Part shown: positions 1 to 13,415 of the stretch, piece after piece
How the letters are laid out: every line of letters starts with the position of its first letter
Numbering within the stretch: position 1 is the stretch's first letter
Notes under the pieces: generated by a model
Told to the model about the DNA's origin: nothing
Seen by the model: the letters and a program-made list of their open reading frames with translations, nothing else
Database searches by the model: none
Made by a program: the position numbers and the translations under genes
NCBI GenBank assembly: GCA_951406725.2
Contig: OX597823.1
Span: 22,258,001-22,322,000 of the forward strand
Length of the DNA: 64,000 nt
Direction of reading: 5' to 3'
DNA from: Octopus vulgaris
Taxonomy: Eukaryota

Positions 1-213
1 TTTCCGTGTAAGACCAATCAATAAGAGAATTGATATATTGCCAATGATTGAGATAACAAAGACAATTGTATAAAGACTGACAAGTGCTATATCATTCCAA
101 TCAAATAGCATTGCCATATCGTCTGCATAATCTTGAAACAAATCAGTGAAATTGCCCAGTGATCCGTTATACAGATCAAACATCATTTCATCTATATCAG
201 ATACTGATGCCAT
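1..213 (-). CDS. Class A (rhodopsin-like) GPCR, N-terminus and TM1; probably a neuropeptide receptor; continues beyond the left edge
   Basis: Manual translation from ATG at 213 (context accaagATGG): MASVSDIDEMMFDLYNGSLGNFTDLFQDYADDMAMLFDWNDIALVSLYTIVFVISIIGNISILLLIGLTRK. It is open to position 1. It has two N-glycosylation sequons (NGS, NFT) in an acidic N-terminus, then a hydrophobic helix with the TM1 GN motif and a basic ICL1 start. Confidence 0.9.
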   Translation of the reverse strand, partial: MASVSDIDEMMFDLYNGSLGNFTDLFQDYADDMAMLFDWNDIALVSLYTIVFVISIIGNISILLLIGLTRK

Positions 214-464
214 CTTGGTGGTTTTCTAGGTTTTTTTTTTGTTTTTGTTTTCTTTAAGTCTGTTGGTTTGATATTTTTATTTCTATTTCGTTGATGATAA
301 TGATGCTGGTATTAGTGATGACTTTGAAGATGATGGGTAAGAGGAGAAGGATACTATCAAAATCATGTTCCAAAAGCGCAGCAATTATACCTATATTAAA
401 AATAGCTACACACACAGACATATATATGTATACACGCACATACAAACATGTTCATATGTATGTG

Positions 465-525
<61 letters not shown>

Positions 526-532
526 GTATATA

Positions 533-568
<36 letters not shown>

Positions 569-1110
569 TGTATGTACGTATTTGATAATGAAAAGTTACA
601 TTGACAGCAGATGCTGCTCTGTCAAGATCGAAACAAGACTTTCTCGGTGTAGACAGATCAAAGTTTACGGGAGACTAACGGACGCCATATTTACAAGTGT
701 TAAATAATTGCAAGGGACACAAAATATTAGTTCTTCATCTCAGCCAGAAGACAACCCATGAGATTGACGATGATATTTCAGCATAAATCACCCTGTTGTG
801 TGATCTGAAACAATATGGAGTGTTGTTTGTTGCATACGGATGCTCGTTCGAGCGTGTTCGTTTATTTGTTTGTAGGTGTGTGTTGAAACAGCAGAAGTAG
901 GCGGTGTATATAGACTTCCAGGAAACACATACATTTGTTTGTAGGTGAAGCCGTATAGTTTTTTCATCTCCTTCATGTTGATATTCTTCCTACATTTCCT
1001 TCAAAAATATTTTTTGCAAAATCTTTTCTTATTTACTTTCAGAGTCTCCAGGCTTTTAGAGTACTTCCATCCATATTAATAGATATCTTCAACAATCTCT
1101 GCATCATTGT

Positions 1111-1130
1111 TCTGAAATATAAAACAGAAT
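1111..1130 (-). promoter_or_regulatory. Candidate splice acceptor for the GPCR first coding exon (about 900-nt 5' UTR)
   Basis: Minus strand reads ttctgttttatatttcag|aacaatg, a polypyrimidine tract plus AG (1113-1112). It lies at the edge of the unique sequence upstream of the GPCR ATG. Confidence 0.4.
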
Positions 1131-1184
1131 GTCTGTGATAAAATATATATGTGTGTATACCTGTGTGAGTGTGTTTAGTGTACG

Positions 1185-1218
<34 letters not shown>

Positions 1219-1526
1219 TGTATGTATGTATGTATGTATGTATGTATGTATGTATGTATGTATGTACGTACGTATGTATATATATATATATATATATATA
1301 TAATCGGTAAATGAACACCTGAAGTGGATCCAACGGAAATATACCCTAAATGTGGATGACACCAGGTAGCCCCACGCGTGCTAGTGCTTTACTGAATACA
1401 TCAACTTACTAACTGACACATACCAATTATATATATATATACATATATATACTTCTAATATAAGGATAACATTTTATTTAAAAATTTCATCAGTGGCCAG
1501 CATATGAAAAATACCTTTTAATGTGA

Positions 1527-1564
<38 letters not shown>

Positions 1565-2023
1565 GCACGCACGCACACACATGCAAATAATATTATTAAT
1601 ATAATAACACATGGAAAAGAAATCAACGTTCATTAAAATATACACAAAGTTTCCTATATATTTATAATGCCTGGACAATGATTCTTGTTTCTGACTAAAA
1701 TGTGGGTAACCATATATACATCCAGCATGTGTCAATAGGTCATATAATGAAACTAGTATACACAGCGGCGTTGACGGAATTTTAAAGAACATCAACTGGA
1801 ATATATCGAAAGCGGCCGACACTTCAATGAAATTTATATACTAATAGATTATGTATAAAAAATTAGTTCACATAAAGAATTTAAGCTGTGGAATTAATAA
1901 TTAAATAGTTAAGGGCATATCAAATATTAGTGATTGAGATAAATATTTCTTAGACGCAACGAGAAAATCATTTGTTCTTTGTACTAAATTTAGTAAAAAC
2001 GTAAATGGGACAGAACAAATTGA

Positions 2024-2087
<64 letters not shown>

Positions 2088-2194
2088 CATATATATAGAG
2101 AGAAACACACACATATAATATATACACACACACACACGTATATATATATATATTTATATATATATATCTATAATGTGTGTGTGCGTGAGTATGT

Positions 2195-2235
<41 letters not shown>

Positions 2236-2329
2236 TGTGTGTGTGTGTGTGCATGCACGTATATATGCATCTTTTACTTGAACGGGTTAGTGGAACAAAT
2301 CCACCCCAATATTTAGTTAGTTTCAAGTG

Positions 2330-2592
2330 ACTACAAAGAGTCGAAAATGACACAACTGAAACGACAACGGGCATCAATAGGGTCAGAAACGATATAAGAC
2401 GCAGATGCTGGGATTGGATCGGATACGTCCTCACGTGAGATCGACAAAGCGATTGAATGGATGCGCTAGCGTGGTAGCTTGATGGGAAAGCAGCAGCAGG
2501 GCACCCTAAAACCACAGGGTGAAAGACCATTCATATGCAGAGGAAACGAGAAAGATGGAGAAGTTGGAATGAGATCAGAACATCTATGTCTG
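2330..2592 (+). mobile_element. RTE-clade LINE, decayed 3' fragment
   Basis: Translation ...GINRVRNDIRRRCWDWIGYVL...ALAW*LDGKAAAGHPKTT...RWRSWNEIR resembles the RTE ORF C-terminus (IRRRRWxWIGHVLR...GRPKTTW). Confidence 0.7.
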
Positions 2593-2593
2593 C

Positions 2594-2645
<52 letters not shown>

Positions 2646-2853
2646 TGGTAATGTAATTAATATGTAAATGTGTTTTAAAATGATTTTTTTTAAATAATAA
2701 AATCTTTTTTTTTTGGAAGAAATTTTATTTCCTAGGAAACAAAAAAAGATTAGTAACATCCTGATAAAAGATTTTATAACTTTAAAAAAAAATAATTAGA
2801 AGAAATCCCTCTTATACTTAAAAACTGTATTAAATTTATTTCACAAAGACTTT

Positions 2854-2960
<107 letters not shown>

Positions 2961-3284
2961 GTACATAAAACCAAGAAAGAGAGAACAAATTTCAAAAGTC
3001 AGTGTTCATATTCACTCAATATATTTCAAAACGGAAATACACACACCCGAAACTGTAAATTATGCACAAAAGATTTACCTAGGTATCAGCGGTGGAACGG
3101 GCTTGGGGGATCGAAGCAGAACGTGTCCCCCCACTTCATTGGTTTTCTGTCTTTGCTTAATCATTTGAATTACTTTGTCATAAACAAATAAAAAAAAAAC
3201 GATTTCATCTCTATGTGATAACCTCGAGAGATTGCATTGTCCCTCCTTATTGACCCTTAGAGGGTAAGAAAAAAATCTGAACAC

Positions 3285-3380
3285 TACGAGGGACGTTCAA
3301 TAAGTAATGCCTCTGACCCACTTGCAGTTGTTTGATCTAGCTGAAAGTTTGCATGTGCACTTATTTATATCTCTATAGAG
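3285..3380 (+). mobile_element. Tc1/mariner terminal fragment
   Basis: TA-CGAGGGACGTTCAATAAGTAATGC is a typical mariner-type TIR start; no partner TIR found nearby. Confidence 0.5.
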
Positions 3381-4080
3381 TAAGTATGTATGCATGTATG
3401 TATTTATGTATGTATGTATGCATGTATGTATGTATGTATGTATTTATGTATGTATGTATGTATATATAGAGAGAAAGGAATAAATAGATAGATAGAAAGA
3501 TCGATCAATCGATCGATAGATAGATAGACAGGCAAAGAAAAAGAGAGACTAAATAAGCGACAGACCGAGAAAGGCTGAGAGAGGGAGAGAGAAAGAGAGA
3601 TCTTCATAACTGAAGAAGAAGAAAAAGGACGAGGAGGAGGAGGAGAAGGAGAAGAAAAAGAAGAACAACAACAACGAAGAGAAAGAGAACTAGAGGGTAA
3701 GAGGTGTGGTGAACAATTCAACTAATTGTTTTATCCTATTTCAAAAGTGAAAATGTCAGTTTTTGATGTCAGAAATGTCATTGCGCGCATTTCAATGGAG
3801 TTTCATAACAATAAACGATAAAATGTCATATTGGTAAACTGATAGTATTCAAAGCAAAAAGGTGAACTAAACTCAAACTGATTGTTAACTGATGGTTAAA
3901 ATAATCAGGAGTTTAAATACATCCTTGAGTATTATAAACACGAGTATTTCCGAAAGGAACTAAATTCAATACAGACGCATATAATATTGTAAGAAATCAC
4001 ATCAGTGGTAACATATAGGTTCAATACTTTTATATTGGTTGGCTTAATGCGCTGTCCGGTTTAACATCACTTCTTTTATA

Positions 4081-4329
4081 TTGGGTTGGTGCATAATTAT
4101 TGCGGCTTCTTTTCAACAAATTTTATTCAACAAAAACAATAACAACATGTAACAAAAACATCTTTAAATGCTTCCGGAGCATATTCACCATCTACTTCAA
4201 TTACTGCTTCCCATTTGCTTGGCAGACGGTCAGACCGTCATTTAAAGATGTTTTTGTTAAATATTGTTATTGTTTTCAGTGAATAAAATTTTGTTGGAAA
4301 GAAGCCGCAATAATTATGCACCAGACCAA
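4081..4329. mobile_element. Mariner-derived MITE with about 90-bp inverted arms
   Basis: TA-ttgggttggtgcataattattgcggc...gccgcaataattatgcaccagaccaa-TA; arms about 4081-4170 and 4239-4329. The centre on the minus strand encodes DRLPSKWEAVIEVDGEY, a mariner transposase C-terminus. Confidence 0.85.
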
Positions 4330-5059
4330 TAGTATTCTTGAAAAGAATATTAGATTTTCGGATTGAGATCGGATTCATGAAGAGATGAGATGCAGCGTTA
4401 CGATCACATAGTACCGCAGATTCAGGGAAGATAATATGGAGCGCCTAAAGAAGCATGCTAAACCATGATGAGTATATTTGTAGACGAGCTGTATCTGCAG
4501 ATGGGCAGTAGAATACATACGCTGAAAATTCTTAGTTTTACTAGGTAAGAATCAGCTAAATAACAATCTAACTGAAGAATTACAAAGAAATAAACCTTCG
4601 AACACTTTTTCTTATCGTATTTATTTAAATAAACTGTTTTTGATTAAACTAATTTTGAAAATAAGGAAGAGTTTACTAAAATTACATTGTCGTTATTATG
4701 CTGGTACTTGGAAAATAAATTAGCCTGAATGAAGTTTTAATGGAAAGTTGTTAATTTAGATCCCTCTAAAACATGGAATTTGAATAATAGAACAAGGAGC
4801 GGTCGCAGGTGGTTTGGTATTAAAAGGCTGAAAGCATGCATACATTAGTGGAAAATGGCAAGAATAATGAATAATGCTATACGATGAATAGTTATTTGTG
4901 ATATATATCCTATATATACACATATTACATCATTTTTATAAATGCATGCATGCATACATACATACATTCATACATAAATATATACATACATACATACATA
5001 CATACATACATACATACATACATACATACATACATACATACATACACACATACATAGCC

Positions 5060-6140
5060 ATAATCAAGGATGTTGAACAGCCCTACCCCAAAGACCATCA
5101 AATGAAAAGCACTCTGCATCTCAACAGATGAAGCATGGCTATGTTTTCAGAAAGTTTGAATGTAACAATAATACAGACAACTAAAGTAATCTACCTTGAA
5201 CAAACACTAATATATTCGAAGGGACGCTCAGAATCAGGAAATAGCTACGAAATAGCGGAGGCGCTAAACAATAGGAAAGCAACTAAAAAGTCTCAAGTGT
5301 GACGACTCATGCAGACTGTGGAGTTAGTCTCGAAGATTTCAGCCACATTATACGCTGCTGCTGGAAATATCATCGTGCAACTATGTACCTGATACGTGAC
5401 CAAAATATACAGTGCAATCCTTCGGAAGGACTGCTTTGAATACATTCATATATTAATATACAGGAGTTACAGTGATGTGTAGGGCATATGCTCATTATAT
5501 GAAATTGTTTATAATTTAGGCACAAGAACAAATATTTTGAGGCGGGGAGTTAAACGATGCTATCAATCCCAGTAAAGGATTAGTATTCTATTTAACGACC
5601 TCGGAAAGCTGAAAGGTATAGCTGGCCTTATCAGGATTTGAACACGATGCATAAAAGGACGGAACATATCATATTGTGATGATACTCCTGTCAAAAGCTC
5701 AATAAAATGTAAGCATAACAGATCAGACAATTATCTGGGACAGTGAAAAGCAATGTTTGCAGTGGTGGCGATCTACCTTGAACAAACAACAAGTATATTC
5801 GAAGAGACACTCAGGGACAGGAAACAGTTACGAAACACTAGAGGCGCTAAACGATAGGAAAGCAAATAAAAGAAAGATATTAGAATAACCTTAAAGGTGA
5901 GTGAAAAAGAGAACAACTATGCCAAACTAATGAGAAACTTGCAGTATAAGTTTTGAGTATAACTTCAAAACTCATACCTGTGATTATTGGGTATTTGAGT
6001 AACTAACTGCCTCAGTTACTTGAGAAACTGGATTTCACAATGCTAGAATGTCACAGCTAATTATAAAATTTCAAGGAAATTTTGATTGCATGCTATTAAT
6101 ACCACTGTGAATAAAATGTATAACATTCCAGGAGTTTAGC
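5060..6140 (+). mobile_element. R4/Dong-type (RLE) LINE remnants, interrupted by a SINE and partly duplicated
   Basis: KHGYVFRK...QNQEIATK...KCDDSCRL...EDFSHIIRCC (CCHC knuckle) and KVSEKENNYAKLMRNLQ...KLIPVIIG. Same family as 35765-37640. Segment 5189-5285 recurs at 5771-5870. Confidence 0.6.
5518..5665 (-). mobile_element. SINE family B, decayed
   Basis: Similar to the family B copies at 41441-41659 and 42385-42600. Confidence 0.55.
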
Positions 6141-7817
6141 GTAATGAGTGCATATGCATACGTGTTGACACAAAACATATATCTATGTACGTATATATGC
6201 ATTAGTCAAAACACTGAAATTCAAACATGCAATGATATCCATGCAACTGCACTCATTTAAACGTTTGCGGATGCATGCGTACGTACATACATACACACAT
6301 ATATGCATAGGTTACAATAAAAGAGCCTTGTTCTGAGTTTGAAAGACACACTTTCTCTATTAAAAGAAATTTTTTTTTAAATAAAACCAGAAAAATACAT
6401 ACATGCATATATACATACATATATACATATATACGCACACATACTCGTGTATTAAGGTGACATGTACACCTATTAAATGAGTACAATTATATACATACGT
6501 ACAACGTCTTCTTTGCATACACTAACTTATATATTCGCAAATCTCGGGAATTGTCTTAAGTCAAACAAAAAAGCCTTGTCACTTGCAAAGAACTCAAATT
6601 TCAAAGAAAACAGAAACATACATGGACACATATATACACATACAGTCATATATGCGTAAATACTAACACACAAACATTCTTACATACATATATACAAAGT
6701 CATTCTTGTATGCATACACACGTACGTCCATACGAACAAACGCACATACATATATGTAAACACACACCCACAAACATACATACATACATACATACATAAA
6801 TACATACATACATACATGCATGCATGCGTGTACAAATATACATAGATTCTTAAGTTCAGTGTATACACCCTGTGAGTGTCGTGCACTATCATTACGAGAG
6901 CAGTTGTTAAATAGAGAGAGCAAAAATATTATAGTTACATCAATGTAAATGCCCAAAGTTGAAGAGGAAAAAATCGTACCGTTCTATAGTAAACATTAGT
7001 TAACATCGCAAATATTACTCGATTGCAGATGACCTCCCGTGGGTACCTGGAGTTGCTGAACTTGCATGTTTTCAACAAGTACATTCAAGATAAATATTCT
7101 GCGTACCCCCTTCCCTCTCCCCAAATGCAAAAAAAGCAAAGGAATAAATCGAGGCTGATGCCAGCATTAATATATTTCGAAGAATATGATCTTACAATCC
7201 AAGAGCAGGGAATACTTATCGAAATATGTAATGCATAATACGATACAGCTCTTAACACACAAGATTCAGCTATGCAGATCAATTATATCATTCTTCCTAG
7301 GAATAGATTACACATATGCTCAGCAGATGCCTCAAAATTTCATCATTGTAATAGCTCCCATAATGAAATACATTTTCGCTAAAATATTATGATCTGTCAT
7401 CCGCAGGAAGACTGCTCTGCGATGAATATAGATGTTGCCCGCGTTATTGAATGCGTTCACATATATCTAATCAAAGAATGTTTGCAACATTCCCAGCAAA
7501 ATATCTGCCAAATGCGATCTTAGCCTAAGAGGTCAGCTGTACTGCAGATGTGGACATTTTTTCAACAATCAATGAAAAGGAAAATATTTATGGATGAAAC
7601 CTACAGCTTACTTATCCCAAATCACATCTATACGAATGATTATTTGTTATGATCGTAAATATTTTAAATAACGATCCGAAAAATTTGGATTTTAAGGAAA
7701 AAGAAAGTGACTAGTTAGCATGCACTTTACAAATGCAATCATTTTTGTAGAGGAAAAGTAAAAGTATGTAAGAGTTTTCTAAAGTTCAACATGTAACATT
7801 TGATATCTTTATTCAAG

Positions 7818-7847
7818 CTAAATCAATACCCGTCGCTTTGCTGACGG
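7818..7847 (-). mobile_element. Helitron-like 3' terminus (hairpin plus degenerate CTAG)
   Basis: Minus strand: CCGTCAGCAAAGCGACGG hairpin, then GTATTGAT, then TTAG. Same geometry as the clear Helitron end at 15392. Confidence 0.4.
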
Positions 7848-8999
7848 CAAGATGGTAACATTTTAAATTTTGTCTGTTTGCCTACTTCAAATTCTGTCTT
7901 TTATATAAAATCAAATCTGTGTCAATATAAAGTCTTTAAAAGAATTTGAATGATATTAACTTTACCTCTTATTCCATTTTTAGATAAAATAGTTTTATTA
8001 AGCGCTTTTTACTGGGGTAAATTACAGAAATTTTGATTGTCTTTCTCAGAGAAGTCTTAATAAATTAGTCTTTAATATTGTGTAACTAAATACTTATATT
8101 TTAACAATATTATATTTTCTATTCTGCAAAGACTGTGTGTCCACTGTACAATATTTACATTAACTTGATTGAAGTACAGCTTTTCTTGGACTCCTGACCA
8201 GAACATCGTTGCACATTTCAAAGATTATACATCTGTAGTCCAATAACTAAAGATAGCTACGAAATGCAGCCTGAAATGTCAATTATATCACTGTTATAAG
8301 AAAGATACAACACACATGATACGCGGCTACCCTCAAAATGTCTTCAATATCCTACCTCTCATTGCGACACAATATTATTTTCAAAACAATATGCAATGCT
8401 ATTCGACTGATAGATTTTATTTTGCTAATGATCTTCGTCATTCTTTTCTATTTACATCTCTTGTTCTCATGAATTACCATACAACATCGATCTCCATGAC
8501 CAACATCTCACTACCTAACGTTTTGTAGAAGTTTTGAGCAACAAACTCTTTGCTGTAAAGGGGACTCTTTCACGGCTTGTTTTATTACTGCAGAGAGATG
8601 TCCTTCATTGTCACGGAGGTTTGTGTGTTTGATCAACATTCTACACCACGGCTTTTAGTATTTGAGAGGCAACAATGCCTGGAGGAGAGCGTTTAATTTT
8701 TAAAATTATTCTTGGTTTTTATTCAGTTGTTTCTAATAATTGGAGTTTATTGTCGCATTTTCTGGTATTGAGTATTTAAATACTTTTCCTTTTCATATCT
8801 AGTCTTTTTGTCCTCCATCTCTAATCTTTTCTGAAAAGGAGTGAATTAATGTATTGCATTGTTCTAGTAATGCGATCTCTTGCATACAGACTTGCTTGAC
8901 ATCTGCTCTAATTGAACTGAATTCATTCTTGACCAATCAGAGATTAGTGCTCTACTAAATCAAAAGGCGTAGCTAATGACTGACAACCCAGACACTCCT

Positions 9000-10096
9000 A
9001 TCGGCCCCCTTCATACACATACGTTGCTGCACTACTGCCCTGCATACACAATATGGTTCACAGTGTACACATTCCTGATCTAAGAATAAGACATTTCTTC
9101 GCACGATGCTATCAACATAACGGTGTTCTCTCTATGTACGATACTGTCGATAGAACAGAACTCTTTTTAAATATGTTGTTGTCAACAGAACAAACCATTC
9201 TACATATGGTGCAATATGAAGTGCAAATTTTTCTATTCGCTGTCGTTAAAAGAGCAGGTCTTGTTCTACATATGTTCTTACATGTAGAACAGCTATTCAT
9301 AATCTTTTAGATAAGACTTTACTTGAAGACACTTTAATAGCTCATTGTATAGACACGCACACAGTAAAGATAGTCGTTTTAATTGTGAAGACACACTCAT
9401 CGTCTATACAAATTCAGCTGCTTGAACACAGGCGCAGTTTATACAAGCTCTCTTGTATTGGCACATACAAACTCAGACACACATACTACCAAATGCATAC
9501 ATGAACGCAGCATTCACTGCTCAATTACCATAGCTTGCTCTGCTCGAATTAACATTCATTTTCGCTGAAATAGAAGCTTTTGTAAATTCACACATATACT
9601 TCCAAATGCACATGTAGTAGTAGAACGCAGCATTGACTGTTCAATTGCCATGGCTTGCTTTGCCCGAATTAACATCCATTTTCGCTGAAATAGAAGCTTT
9701 TGTAATATCTTCAACATTATTCTGACACTTTGACTTATTGAATTCAACATCCATTTTCGCTGAAATAGAAGCTTTTGTAATATCTTCAACATTATTCTGA
9801 CACTTTGACTTATTGAAATCAAATACCAGTTGTAAGTTGGAATTATATTCCGTTTTACATTTTCCACAGAATAAAGCAATTTGCTCCAATAAATTCTGTA
9901 TTCTACCCTCTATATTGATTGTAACTATATTTTCTTTCCAGGCTCAAATATTTGATGGTAAATTTAAGATGTCTACTTCGGAAGATGTATTGAAATATTT
10001 TAATTTTGTCCATCTATTTGCATATTTCAATTTTTAAACAGTTTTATTCCTTTCCCCCCGGCTGACATAGGTCTGTACTTCTAAGATTATTGTCTG
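9000..10096 (-). pseudogene. Decayed CTC1-like (CST complex) C-terminal OB-fold/zinc-ribbon fragment
   Basis: Acceptor tttcttttatag at 10097, then across stops and frameshifts: CQPGERIKLFK..KYFNTSSEVDILNLP..VTINIEGRIQNLLEQIALFCGKC..KCQNNVEDITKASISAKMDVNSG..LKRLSLLCACLYNELLKCLQVK..RKICTS..YVDSIVRRNVLFL..CVHCEP. These blocks are colinear with human CTC1 C-terminal motifs as I recall them (LLPGARVHF, FRSSTYVQVLSFP, WVCAYC, QAIIRLLVEDGTAEA, LCTS, LRLSCL). No alignment was run. Confidence 0.45.
9478..9817. repeat. Nested tandem duplications (about 120-bp and 75-bp units)
   Basis: aacatccattttcgctgaaatagaagcttttgtaa occurs three times (about 9551, 9671, 9746). The 75-bp unit at 9671/9746 is near-identical. 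Confidence 0.9.
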
Positions 10097-10854
10097 CTAT
10101 AAAAGAAATGCCTGATCATGTAAGTCACGATGTGCTTATGGTCACCTTTCTCATATTTAGCACAATTTGTCTCTGTTAACAATATTACTGACGTTATATC
10201 TATAATCCTAGTTCGAATTACGCCGATAATAATTTTTGTGCTTCATATTTCCGTGATCAATAACATATGCAACAATATAATCAGCTATGAGCATCTCCCA
10301 CGTTTGAAGCATTATTCTGAATGCAACAGATCAAAATAATTACCAACATTGTTATCACTATTGTTGCTGTTGCTGCTGATGATGGTGGTGGCGCTATCAT
10401 CAGGTGACTGATAAAGATTAAATATTTTTGCTTTGAATTCTCAATGTTGATGTTAGACTTAATGCCAATATTGGAATTATTAAGGCTATTTGGATAAATA
10501 TTCCCACGCGCCAATAAAATATGCATTCTCTTTATCTGCCCCCACAAAGAGAAAGGTAGCTGCTACGACTGCTATGTATTAACTTCCGTCGTCGCCATTG
10601 GAGTCGTGTTGAAAATAATTTCTCACGTAAAAGCAGAAAGAAAATAAATAGTCCAAATTCTTTTCAGATATGATGAAGATATATAAATAATTAAAGTTTC
10701 TTCCTTCTCCTTCATATAACGTTAAGAGAATAAACATTAAAAACTAGCATTTGAGAGAAAAAAATATTACAAATATTACAAATATTACAAATGTGAATTT
10801 GTCTTTCCGCCGCGGCAAAAGCCTGCACAAACGGCAACAACGAAAATAACATTT

Positions 10855-11475
<621 letters not shown>

Positions 11476-11564
11476 CACGTACTCTTACATATATATATAT
11501 ATATATAAATGTACATACATATGTCTATGTAAGAAAGTATGCATATATATGTATATATACATCA

Positions 11565-11613
<49 letters not shown>

Positions 11614-12175
11614 TGGCACGCATGCACATGTTATGCCTGCATACATGCATGCGTAGGTGGTTTGGGTGGGCGTATGCATCTCTTTATTTCCAGCAATTTC
11701 GTGATCAGCTCTATCTCAAATTCATGTCTCGTTTTATTCAGAACTATGCTGTTTATAAACTAATAATATATTTCGTTTATTTTTGTAGCTTAAACATTTC
11801 TTCGCGACAGGCTATTGCATGTTTGATTACAAAAATTAAGGACTGGGAAATAATTAAATTGATGTAGAGAAGATAAATAGACTGATAGATAGATGGAGAG
11901 AGAGAGAGAGAGAGAGAGAGTGAGAAAATTATAAGCGAAATATATTTTTAGTGTTGGTAGCATCATTCGCAATTAATTAGAAAATGCCACGGTTCAAATT
12001 ATTGCTAGCATTTCTTTTTTGTTCTCGGGGGAGAAGATGAGAGAAGTCACTTATGCAGCTTTTTGGCCTCTGAGAAATAGCAGCCAAATACCTTCAAATC
12101 ATATATTGCATTGTTTTTAATAAGGACAGAACGACCAGAGTAGTTATTATATATATATATATATATACATATATA

Positions 12176-12240
<65 letters not shown>

Positions 12241-12248
12241 AATAAATA

Positions 12249-12285
<37 letters not shown>

Positions 12286-12334
12286 AATGTTTGTAAAACG
12301 AAACAAAAGAAAAAGAAGAACCACTGATCAACTG

Positions 12335-12789
12335 TCTACTCAATCAGGACCGACCTAGAGCTAAACATCAAGAAATGAAGCATCAATTGAAGTCCAGTCA
12401 ATGAAGAAGCCTCTCGATGGTCACCTGATGTGCCAGAAAATGTAGCGAAAACTTCATAGAATACCAATGGACACTCTAAAAACCCAAAATTCAAATTATT
12501 AATGTTATTATGGATACAGAATATTTGAAAAAGAAAGGATAGAATGAACACAAGTCGATTACATCTGAAAATTGAACTTTTGAATAAGGGATGACTAGAG
12601 CTAAAGTTTTATCATCATAATTACTGCTACATTTGCTCTGGAGAACGTGATCTTTATCCTGTAGCATTAGCTTCAGTATCCACATGAGTCAACCAGGGAG
12701 TTCTACGTGGTCCCTTGACTTTCTAGAAGTAGCAACCAAATTCGCCCAAAATTAGATTTTAGTGTCTTGATAAATTTAAAATGAACATT
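12335..12789 (+). repeat. Unclassified interspersed repeat D (AGAAATAGCAGCCAAA motif family)
   Basis: Shares motifs with 12070-12140, 13180-13280, 44130-44340 and, in reverse, 47300-47970. Confidence 0.5.
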
Positions 12790-13180
12790 GGCTGTGTGGT
12801 AAGTAGCTTGCTTACAAGCAATCACATGGTTCCGGATTCAGTACCACTGCTGCCACCTTAGGCAACCTCGGGCCGACAATTGTCTTGTGAGTGGATATGT
12901 TAGACGGGAACTGAAAAAAGCCCGTAGTATATTTATATATATACGAATGTGTGTGAGTGCGTCTGTGCCTGTGTTTGTGTGTCTGTGTTTGTCCCCCCAC
13001 CAAAATCGCTTAACAACCGATGCTGGTGTTTTTACGTCTCCGTAACTTAGTGATTCGGCAAAAGATACCGATAGAATAAGTACTAAGCTTACAAAGAATA
13101 AGTCCTGGGATCGATTTGCTCGACTAAAGGTGGCACTCCAGCATAGCCTCAGTCAAATGACTGAAACAAGTAAAACAGAA
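12790..13180 (+). mobile_element. tRNA-derived SINE family A (central microsatellite)
   Basis: ggctgtgtggtaagtagcttgc...ggttccggattcagtaccactg head; 3' end agtcaaatgactgaaacaagtaaaa. Matches the copy at 20095. Confidence 0.85.
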
Positions 13181-13415
13181 CGTATTGGTAATATTCAATT
13201 GTAATGAAAGATGGGATGGTCAAAGTTGGAACATTTTAATAAGTCTTGGCTGATCTAGATCTGAATGACAACAACATTTCCAGATCTATATTACATAGAG
13301 ACGGACACGATCCTCAAAACTGATTTGTAGTATATTGAGTACACTTAGACGAAGTCTTCGGTGGAGAAAAACCTTTGAATGAGTCATGATACATAACCTC
13401 ATTGCAAAGTTGAAT

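Noticed and set aside
1310-1400. Additional hammerhead-like fragments (also about 33840, 22870-22930 and 60770-60810)
   Set aside because: The core is incomplete or the stems cannot be paired; not counted as ribozymes.
7020-7620. Possible decayed hAT transposase (YDLTIQEQGILIEICN)
   Set aside because: Only one weak motif with many stops; not supportable.
9112-9300. Standalone Cys-rich small protein or toxin ORF
   Set aside because: No signal peptide; better explained as one frame segment of the decayed OB-fold fragment.
9478-9817. CRISPR-like repeat-spacer pattern
   Set aside because: The intervening sequences are themselves duplicated, the context is eukaryotic and there are no cas genes; these are ordinary tandem duplications.
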